From: Trichoplax sp. H2
Taxonomy: Eukaryota
Length of the DNA stretch: 64,000 nucleotides
Direction of reading: 5' to 3'
NCBI GenBank assembly: GCA_003344405.1
Contig: NOWV01000253.1
Location: forward strand, 1-64,000
Shown here one piece after another: positions 40,560 through 51,747 of this stretch. A program made the translations under genes and the position numbers. Positions within the stretch are counted from its first letter, which is position 1. Every line of letters starts with the position of its first letter. Below the pieces are notes generated by a model, which was given only the letters and a program-made list of their open reading frames with translations, had not been told where the DNA came from and ran no database searches.

Positions 40560-43158
40560 ATGGTAAGAGCGTTTAAACTTTTTCCCGATTTCGTTCTTAT
40601 ATTAACTTTACTTATTAGGCAAAATCAATGTGCTCACATCGATTATGATCGAATGATTTACGCCATCGAAGGTCTGGCTGACTATTACAGCGCAATCAAG
40701 CAAGAGATAATCATTGATAGTACCTTGTCATTTCATTTTACTAAAGGTAAGATCCTAGTAATATACAAAAGGCGAATCCGAGAGATAATTTAAGTTCAAA
40801 CTCTGAAACTGGCTAAATTTTCACAAGATCACGACAGTTAATGATAGAGAAAATATGTATAAAAATGATTCGATTAACGTTGGTAGAATTGTGTTTGCTG
40901 TTAGAATGTTCCTGTATTCTGTTATTTTATTGTCGAATACAGATTAGGTTACCATTTTTAGATTAACTGACTTCAATTTACCTCGTAGAATGCAAAATGT
41001 CCTTTGACAAGTCTTTTATTAGTCTAAATAAAATTCCCTTACTGAATTATTATTAGCTTGCTTGCCTCCTAAATCTTTTTGTAGATACGACTATACGTTA
41101 TGAAATAGATAAACTATTGTAATATAAGATAGAAATATACGTATTATGTTAGTGAATGTCACATAGGATGTTGCTTTAATTTATACTATAAAATTGTCAT
41201 CAAATTTGCTAGGGTACTTAAGAACCATTTTAGAAGATGCATCTAGAAATGAATCGTTATTAAGTCATAATCAATTGGATCGTGTGACAAAATTATACGA
41301 TAGGTTTAGAGGATTGATAGAAGATACTGCACCCACTATCAGCCAAAAATACTACCAGTATAAATTTCTTATACCGCTTTACGTTAGAAATTTTAAAGTC
41401 CCACGAAAATTACGAAAGCTTAATCACACCTATGTACAGCAAAGCCAAGAACATTCAGTGTCTCGTCATTATTCCAATCAATGCTTATGGGAGATAGTTG
41501 GATCCTGGCCATATTATAGACGACCATGTAATTTATCAGGTGATTCTTGACCGTACTAATCTTGAATTGATTACGAAAGTCTGTAAGCTTATGAAAGCAA
41601 TTTGCCATTATCTAAAAAGGATTGGACTATGTTAAAAATGCAATATAATGTTCCCAATCAATAGCATGCAACATGCCCATACTTGTGCTATGTTCTCGAT
41701 TTATTTATTTTTATGTGTTGCATCATGGTTACATACGTATACTGTATGTATAGTTGTATACTGTATCTGGTTCTTATCGACGTATAGTTCATATAAATTA
41801 TGACAACTTAGTAATAGCTCTACTTGATTCTTTGATTTGTTCCAGATATTTGCGTCAAGTTTATTTCTCAGTTACACAGCAACAATTATATAATTACACA
41901 TCAAGTATTGGCATTATCATTTGGTCGCCAATTCCACTGTCAACATCAGATTGCCCCCTTATCTTCAGCTTTTGGCAGTGTTGGTAATCTAGAGGCTATT
42001 CTATGCTCAAGAGTACATAAAGAAATGTACAGCTCTCTCTATAAAGGCCTAACTAATTTAAAATTACAAGATTTATTCACTGAACAGGTCGATGTATGTG
42101 GCTCTTTAGAATTTTTCGAAGATTTTATTAATGAAACATACGTTGACATGGTGTTAGAGTGGCAAACAACTCAAGGCTGCTATATGCAATATAATGGAAC
42201 TTACACATCCATATTTCCTAATGAGAGGTACTATTATCTTTTTGTATTGCTAAATTTATTTTGAATTATAAATGGTAACTGCTACTGGTATATAATTAAG
42301 ACGAAAATCTCCATCAACTTTAAAGTAGAGAAGTAAGGTATCCTATTTCGTAATAGTCCAGTCTTTCGAAGAATTGATATTGACAACAAATGCCGTTCTA
42401 TCAGCATAATTATCTACGGTTGGCGACTAGTTTACTGTTCTATTAATATGGCAGATATTTTATTTTATATTACGTACATTTGAACATTATATATAGAGAG
42501 AGCACAGTGCCATCGCTGTGGTTATGTTAACAGTAGCTTAATCATTTAATGATAAAAAGTTAGAAAAGTGGTAACATAATGAATTGATATAGTTACTTGA
42601 TCTTCTTCACATGATTTAACTGAATCCTAGTAACGGCACCAAGTTAGCGCCATACTATTCACGAAGCAAACGAAGCGATAGCACTGGAACAGGTATTTGA
42701 AAGTAAAGTACTTGCGTCATTTAAAGTTTAAATGGATTTTAGCTAATGTGATATTATTACTTACAGTTACTCAGAAATATCGTCATCCGTTACATCATAA
42801 TTCTTCACTTAGAATAGTAAAATTTATAAGCTTTCCGCAATAGAAATTAATTCAATGCCTAACTTTCTATTACAAAAGGTATATTATTGACTCGAATTTC
42901 GATTGTTTTATTTAAGATGGTTGTCATCAGCATATCTCCTCTACAGCTACTGTGTTGATTGTTGCTCATTTGCGTTGGTTAACTTTAAAGGGTGAACATA
43001 GTCAAGCAAGTGGAGCCAGTGGAAAATTAGTACCAAATTACATTCTGGTAGTGGTATTAATAATAATTATGGCTTCTGGTGTAGGAAGTGTCATCTTTTT
43101 ATATATCAAACGAACAATGAAGAGGAGGCACTATCATCTGGTTAAGCAACAAGAATGA
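40560..43158 (+). CDS. C16orf89/UPF0764 (DUF4735)-like type I membrane protein, paralog 5 (most divergent)
   Basis: Exons 40560-40746, 41213-41539, 41846-42227, 42631-42692, 42917-43158. SNQC, YIITHQ, QDLFTEQVDVCG, WQTTQGCY, RSKR, DGCHQH; TM; tail ending RHYHLVKQQE. Confidence 0.82.
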
Positions 43159-45895
43159 AATTACTTTTAACGTATAGGAATAAACGGCAATACATGAATA
43201 ATAAATTACTGCATGACACTATGCTGCTTGAAGTTACTGAATAAGCAAAAGGGTAGTTAATGCGACGGTCATACATGTCGTTCCATGTCGAAGATAATTA
43301 TTATTTTGCTGCCAATTGATAGAACAAGTATATTGTTAATCATTGTAATGTAATCATTTCACTGACACAACGTGTACCATACAGTATAATGTATATTGTC
43401 CAACAAGGAAAATTCAAAACAGGATTAGCCATTTTAGTTATCAGGTTTCATTTAGAAGATAAAGCACTACAGTAAATGGGTATTTACTTACTTGGAACGC
43501 TATGTACGTCGGGTGAGACGATAGTATCTTAGCCTATAGAATATCCATACGCGCAATATGCGATTCTGCGATGACATTGTAAGATAATTTACTAGTCTGG
43601 TTCGGATGCTGTATTGGAAGTGTTTTTAATAGGCTCGTATAATAAGACGACAAATAAATTCCCATTATGAATTAATTATGAATTAGGATATGATTTTTAA
43701 TCGTCATTTCCCTGCCATGGTATGGCTCAATTACAGTGCACGTGTACTGAAACGCTATCTGTCCAGTACTTCCGCATTGGAAAGATTTACAAGTAGGAAA
43801 CTCTGCCTTAATATATAAACTTGACTTCACTGTGCAGATAGGCAACATTTTTAACCCTGTGTCTAGTGTAACAATGTCATGAATCGGCTCTGATACTTAA
43901 TTTCATAAGTTCTACATCTATAATTTGGAAACGTCATAATGCAATTAATGGAATTATTGAAATTGTGAACTAATTTGGAAGCAGTTGAATGCCAGTAAGT
44001 CAATGAAATAGACAAGTTTAAGCAGTTTTGTAACGACCTGTATTAGTATGATAGACACCACACCTACATATGAGGATATTACATGAAATAAAGTACAGTT
44101 GTCAGAATAGTTTCTTGTGAACGAAATACCAAAAAATGCGTTCGAAAAAGATTCGCGATTAGATAAGTTATCGATGGATGCGAGACTTGCAAGTATTAAT
44201 GTAGGTAGACGCATTGATATCAAAAATGTGTAATTAGGTAAAATATCTCCCTCAGATCGTGTTAATGTCTTGGCAACATAGGATTGTATTTAAAATTGGC
44301 ACTTTATCACAGTAAAGTCATGAAGAATTTCCTCTAAGAAGTCCCTGATTTATTGTCTATTAATGAGGCAGCCTTTGATGAAGTGAGTTGTAGCAAGTTA
44401 GTGATAGCTGTCCTTTTTTTTCTCTAGCGCACGTGCACCATTCTATCCGTAGTAAATATTTGAATTTGTATTTTTGTACCTTGCTTACTCAGAATAATAA
44501 AGTACAATTCATGATTTATATATAACTTGTATCGCATTTTGGGATAAAATGAATATGGTACAGAGAGCCATACTGAATAGTACTTGTATATTGCAGGTGA
44601 GGTTAATATTTTTACGTATCGTGTTTCACATTTTTCCGTGATATTCTTCTATCCGATTTTGCACAAAGCATTACTTTACCGAAGATTGAATTTGTAAATC
44701 AGATATTTCGGTGCAGTATATCAATTTATTGCGCTGTTTGGCTACTTAGGCTAGCCAAGATGATGGACGCCTAAATACACTATATGTAATTATATAATTT
44801 AATTACTCATGCAATTTGACGGTATTGCTTGGACTGTGAAATTCTATTCTTACATGACTGAGGTAATATACACTCACTTCGATTATATTATAACTATGTT
44901 TTCATACATAGTCATAAGAACAGTTTTATTGCCAATCAATATACCAGTCCTTTGTGGAAATGAGCCATTTTTTTTATTGCAAAGAAGTACCTTGAAACAA
45001 GAGGTGATTTCTAAACAAATACCACGGGAAAAATTACAAGCTGCGGGAAAATCCACGCGTGTGCCCAAGTGAGCACACACATATGGGTTTTGATTGGGAC
45101 ACAATTGGTTGTTAACTGTCATTAGGGCTGTCAGAGTTTGGGCTTTCGATTTTAATCTCTTGCGTGCTTTTCAATAAATGGAATACCTCCAACAACCAGC
45201 AATGACTTTTTTTTTTATCTCCAGCGTCTGTACCGTACACAGTCGATAAGATATTCATCGATCCATAAAGGCGAAGGTACGATAAGGTAGACTACCAATG
45301 ACTGCAGTATCCGTGAGAAGGGTAATTGACTGAGGACTAGAAGATGCAATTTTTACCAATGGTAACTCATGATCGTATTTGAAATGGTCCTAATTCAGTA
45401 AGCATTTCCAGCGATGACAGAATTGATAGAAGCCATCTTTCAGTCCTTGCTCAAGTTGAGCACTAGCAAATTTGTATACTACTCCTAGCAAAGAAAGCAA
45501 AATGATTTCATTGCTGTGTGCTTTCGTATGCTAGTTGAAGAGTATTTTGTAATGTTGTTATCGTCCCAATGCTGTCCGGTCAGTACGATAGCCTCGGTCA
45601 TGCATAGTAAGCAATCAGTCGTAATAGCCTATCGTAGGTCAAGATCCGACGACGCTTTCAAGGTACAATACAGGCGATAATGTTTATCGTTGAAGATTGC
45701 GTTATTCTATCGACACCCCCACTTGCTGATACCAACTGATACAGGTGAAAATCTCTATCCCAGGTACGCCCATGACAGTCCCCAATCATGCGTACAACGT
45801 CAGATACCGTCGCTATCTGACGTTTTTGTTGATCTACTGGACTGCCTTGAAAGATAGCGTCAATTGCGTCTAGCCTGAGGTGAATAAACTGACGG

Positions 45896-45903
45896 TATAA
45901 ATA
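45896..45903 (+). promoter_or_regulatory. Candidate TATA box of the DMRT gene
   Basis: TATAAATA about 105 bp upstream of the ATG at 46001, in locally GC-richer sequence. Confidence 0.45.
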
Positions 45904-46000
45904 CGAGCGTGATTGAAGGTGAAGGGATCCATGCTTCAAGTGCGCTATTGGTTACGCGTCGTGATTGCTCGAATTGCAAAGTGGGAAGCTTGCGTTGGGA

Positions 46001-48039
46001 ATGGCGGATAATTATCGTAAAGTTCATAGCATTAAGCCACAACAGAAACGTAAAACACCCATGTGTGCAAGATGTAGACGACATGGAATCGAGATTCCAG
46101 TTAAAGATCATAAACCCACTTGTCCTTACAATGAATGTGATTGTGATAAGTGCAAAGAATATTTAAAAAAAAAGCGCAACTCTGACTCGTACAACTCCAA
46201 TGAATTCGCTTCACACGGTAGGTCATGATAAAACGATATAAACTATACCTTTCTTCGGAAAATGCCTTTTAATAAAATAAAAATGCAAGGTTGTTGCCTA
46301 AAGGAAATATGGTCATGATGCATGTCTTATTACAAGCTATACTTTACTGAATGCTTTGTGATACAGGTAGTGACAGTACTCTTTCAAGCTGTAGCATTTC
46401 ACAAAATTAAATTGCACTTTGACTTACTTGATAGTACATTGAATTCGAACCTCCTAATTATCCTCTATTTTTGTCAACTAACTGCTGTAAATGGCTGAAA
46501 TGAACTGCATAGAGGATTGTTCAGGGTTTTTTTTAGTATTATATGCTATTCTACGCTTCAAAGTAGTAGGGGACGGTATCTTGGGAGAGTCATTTCATCG
46601 AATAGATTTTATTTCAGATACTGTACGTATTTGTATTTTTCACTGTATTGTGCTATACGCGTAAATTGAAATACCACGTCGTAATACGTATATACTCATT
46701 TTGCATACACTATATGTATACAAAATTTGTACTGTTGGTATTCTGCCGGCTAAATTTCGTAGAAATTTTCGTCATATATTGTCATACATCAACAGCAGAT
46801 AAACAATTAAGACGCCCCGAGCTAATCTATTATCCATAGGATTGTTGGAATTGACAATTTGGCAATACTGTCATAGGTGCTATTGTGATTTTTGGAAAGT
46901 TACTAGTATATCTCGTCAGGTGTTCAGCGGTCTGTCTAGAGAATTTCAAAACACTGATGGGAGAAATTTACTACTGTAACATCAAAGAATAGGCAAATCA
47001 ATTTATGGACCTACTATTAGCTAGTAAAACATGGTAGACATTCTAGCAATTAAGTCTATCGTAATGCCCAAGTCCAACACGGTAATGCATTGTATAGGTG
47101 AAAGCTCGCTTGGCTTATTAGTTATAGCTTCCAATTTGCTAGCCAATCATACCGAAATGCTGATATAGAAAAATATTAGCGCCTATTGATATTATTCTGA
47201 AATGATCTTTGTTATTGCTTAGCCAAGTGAATAATAATGAGCTCTTTTTAAGATCAACAATAAAGAAATTTTACGAGATACTGTCATTTTAAGCTGTTCG
47301 CGAATTATCAGTAGTTGAGTTCCTTTTCGGTAATTTTTGTGACGTTATCACTATTTCTTTACAGTATACTGAAATATGAACAAAACATATTGAAAAATTG
47401 TTTACAAATTTTAAGAAAGCGCAAGTAAACTAAATATCAACTACAGTAATGGCGATGACAACTATTTTCATTGTCGTTCTTATGCTACATTTATTTCAAA
47501 GTGTCTTGGAAAATAAATAAGGAACTTTGCTTATCTAATGTTCAAAGTTGGGAGCGCTTAGTTATACATCTCTAAAATGTTTATGCGACTATATTCAGTT
47601 GGTAACTTGCGAATCTAGTACGTTTATAAAATAAATATTTACCTTTATATTCATAGAGGATGGAAATTTCCCAAAAGATGACGCTTGTTATTATTGGTGC
47701 GAATGGTTAGGAAAAATTTTTCCCGAAGTTCCACCAGAACGAAGAGAAGAAATCCTAATCCGATCTGGCATGGACGTAATGAAGAGTATATTGCATTTAA
47801 AAGTGAATTATTATAGGTTCCAACACCCATACAGTCAACAGCTAGCGAATCTTCCTAGTTTAATGATGAAGCACCCATATTGCAGTAACATCTGCAATTC
47901 GTTCCTTCGATCACCTCCATTTTTAGAAATGGTTCCAGCTAATCAAGCAACGACGAGTCCTTCGGTAGCCTCTCAAACGGACGCTGTTGCAGCGCTTATG
48001 TCTTTAACTAGAGTCAATATGAAAAATTTGGGTAGATAA
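46001..48039 (+). CDS. Dmrt: DMRT (doublesex/mab-3 related) transcription factor with DM zinc module and DMA domain, two exons
   Basis: Exon 1, 46001-46217: KTPMCARCRRHG..PVKDHK..CPYNECDCDKC (all DM Cys/His ligands). Phase-1 GT-AG intron. Exon 2, 47657-48039: WLGKIFPEVPPERREEILIRSGMDVMKSILHL, fitting the DMA/CUE-like pattern L.xIFP...E.IL....DV...I. Confidence 0.88.
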
Positions 48040-50499
48040 AAACTAATTGCTTTAAATAATTTATCAGTGTTATACAGTGCGCAAATGTATAGTACTGTGG
48101 CTAAATACATTGATTGTTAGCAATTGAAAAGTAATTTTGTATGCATAATTTCCATTCAATCTCATCAACATGTTCTATGCATTGAAACCATTGCTTTATC
48201 AACTACTGTGTACTATGGGGTTCAGATACAAGTGCAGTATAATGCACCGTTAAGTTAGTTTTGCTAGTGGAAGAGCTGTATTTTCTTCGATACAGCGGAT
48301 GATTTTTGCGGGAATAATTTTGAGAATCAGTTCTAGTAGGACGATAACACTTAATGACTGTACAATATGAAGTTTGTTCTGCAATTTATTATGGTGATGG
48401 AATTTTGCTAGTTTTTTTTGATTGTCAACTGTATTTGGTTATTATTTACTGAAGATGCAGTTATAATCTTTTAATGCCGCAGTTGGTTTGTTTTATTAAA
48501 TATGCGATTAATTGCAACGATTGCAACATTTTGCCCCTAAAGTATGGACGTAGCAGTAGGATGCTTCAGATGGAAGTATTACTCGTCATCAGGATTGTTA
48601 TCCTCTTCAGTGCTGTAATTGTATTTTAATAAGCTTTCTTGCTATTGACATAGACATATACTAAATGTTGTTGTTCAAGCCAGGCACATGTCGTGATCGC
48701 TTCGAGTCTGGATACTTACCGCTAAACACTGGCAATAGTTATCGTAATATGTTCAAGTTATTTTTTCTTCGTAAAACTAAAGACTACTTTCATTTCTAAT
48801 TCATTATTATACATCACATAACAACATAGAGTACCTGTTTTTCAATTGAAATCAAAATAATGATAATAAAAAGCATGTTATTTTTTCATGCAAGCCTTCA
48901 AATGCAATGTATTCGCGGCTCTTCTTCAATCAGCACATTGGTACAGGGATCTTGATGATAAAAAGAGAAAACTGATAACAGTCCGATACCACTGCAATAT
49001 AACAATGCCAATTATTTATTACACGGGCATAAGTAGTTTATCTCTTGCAAATGCACTTTACTTCCGGTTTATAAAATCAGGGCTATATTGTACTACTTTA
49101 AAAAGAGAGAGATTATTCCAGATGTCAAGCACTGGTACAGCCGAGTAAGTAGTAGGATAGAAGCATTTCAAGAGCTATTTATCGGACTTACCAAAAGTAA
49201 ACTGTTTAGTGCAGTGGGACAGTCAAATTGATATGCCGCTGATCGACATGCTGTAGGATAAACTGCGATAAAACGACAATGTATCTTGGTGGCAATCCTT
49301 TCCTTCGCTGATATCATTCTACACAGGCATGTTTCTTTTCACCTAATTCAAACAACCACTATCACGGTCAGTCATTGTATCGGTCTACCTATTTAGGCGT
49401 TAGATTTTATTGCAATTTGTTAGACTGCTTGATGGCTATGGCCGTCGTTCTAGGCGACATAAACAGATATTGCCATCGGACTATTCAAATCAATTCCAGA
49501 TGTCCATAGCTAGACTACACTTATATTAACTAAAGTTTGTACTGCATAGGCCTCATGCTATATACGATACAATGGAGTACTCTATGTCAATACGAGTAGT
49601 CTGCTATTCTGCTGGTCAATATGGAATTACAATTCATCGATAATCGCTCGTCACTGTACGATATTAACATGGCAGACAGTATCGCCCTACCGAGCACTAA
49701 AATCTCTAAACTGTCACAAGCAATTTCTTGAAATACCTCCAGAATTTAGTGCCAATTTTGATTGATTTATACCGTTTCCACCTATTACAAATCAACTGAT
49801 TTGTTTATACTATCAAAATTAGATTAAATTAGCATCAAAGACATGAAAATAAGATCAAGATCGGATTGCTAAGGATAGAAATTTATCTGCTATCGCATAC
49901 CGATAAATTATTTCTAGCGCATATTTCGTTATCATGCTATCGTCTTGGCTGTGAAAACGAGAAACTTTGATACGATATAAAACTATTCTAAACTACAGTA
50001 CTGGACCCATAGTGGATGAATCTGGCCAATTTTGCCGCCCTTCTTCCTGCTGCTGAAATCTCTCTAGTCTATATCGCTAGAAATGCGACGTTCGCCATTT
50101 CTTATCACACGCAACAAGAGTGTGGGACGCCCAGTATTGCCACTATACGGTTATCAATGAAGATAGGCTGTGATCGAACCAAGTAGGACGCTGCTCAAGG
50201 CTAACATGCAATTTGTCCGTGTGGAAAATTGAGAAATTTTGCTATCTTGAGTAAAGTTATTTACTTGCATTTAGGTGCAGTTCGTGGTAGCAAATAAATA
50301 GAGTTATACCAATGTATTTACTCCCAATAAGGCGATATAATTATACAGTCATCATCAAAGTTGATGAATATCATTCAAATTTATCAAGCAAATTCAATCA
50401 TCGACGATAAGTTTAATTTAGTTTTCAGCTTTTGCAAACCATAATCCTACAATTCGTAGTAATTCTGAATTTGAATAAATTGTACGGGTAAATGAAGTA

Positions 50500-51530
50500 G
50501 TGAAAGATTTGATTTCAATGGTGCTTAGATTCAGCCCTTTAAAAAATGATATTAATGGAATATAGCCGGATAACGTCATGACGGCTTTGATTTTGATGAT
50601 GTTTAGTTTCATCTCTTTGAAAAAATCATATCATTCCGTCATTTTTTAACCTATTCTAGTCAGATAGTTCATTGAATACTTTGACTGCAAGGATGCTAAG
50701 TTGCAACCCTATTAGAAAAATTACATAATCCTTTTCAGTTACCATACTTCTTAATGTAATACTTGTATAGTCCGATAACGTAATGAATGCTTACTTTTAG
50801 TCCCTTGAAGAAATCATAACATTCCTTCATTTACTAATCGAATAGAGTAGGATATAGAAGTCAATGCTTTGATTTCAATGGTGCTTATTTTTAGCTCTTC
50901 GGAAAATCACATAATCCCCTTCATTGACTCTAATTCTTATTGCAATGCCGTTGGATAACGCAATAAATGCTTAATTTACCGTCATTCTTAGCCGATGAGA
51001 ATTATGGTCAGATAACGTATTGAATACTTTCAACCATGCTAAGCTGCAGCCAATATGGAAAATTATAGTACATAATTCCTTTCACTTACTATAATTCTTA
51101 AATGTAAATATAGTCGAATAGCGCAATAAATCATTTTGATTGTAATGATGCTTATTTTCAGGCCTTTATAAAAATCGTATCATTCCTTCATTGGCCATTA
51201 TCCTTCATGGAATATGGCAGGATAGCATAATGATCAGTGGATCCTTTAATTTCAATAATATTTATTTCAGCTCTTTGAAAAACCACATAATCCCTTTCAT
51301 TTATTGTAATTTTTAATGTAATAGTGTAGGATAACGCAATAAATGCTTAGATTTCAATGGTGCTCAGTTTCAGCCTTTTGAAAAAAATCATATTATTTTT
51401 TCTATTTACTATAATTGTTAATCTGGAATGATCAAATACTGTAATAAGTATGTTAGCTTCAATTATTGCTCACTTTTAGCCCTGTGAAAATCATATTATC
51501 CCTTCTATTGACCATAATTTTAGTTTAAAG
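50500..51530. repeat. Degenerate ~110-120-bp tandem repeat array
   Basis: Recurring GATTTCAATGGTGCT(T/C)A..TT(C/T)AGC..TT.GAAAAA.CA(C/T)AT..TCC.TTCATT and GGATAACG(C/T)AAT(A/G)AATGCTT at about 50511, 50871, 51138, 51248, 51349 and 51458, plus partial units. Confidence 0.75.
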
Positions 51531-51747
51531 AGTCAGACAGAGCGAACAAGGCTTTCCTTTAAAATTACGCTAATCCCTCACTTGTAAGCTTCGGCTCTTA
51601 GAAAACTTACCTACCCAGTAATGTGCTTATTGACTGCCATTCCTAATCGAATGGGGTTAGATAGCACAACGAATCAATTTCATATAGATTTACCTTCTCT
51701 TGGACTAAATTGGAGAGTAGAGTAGAAATAGCCTCTTGCTGATAAAT

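Noticed and set aside
48888..49148. 86-aa ORF ending near a GTAAGT donor-like site
   Set aside because: No recognisable similarity and no convincing partner exons.
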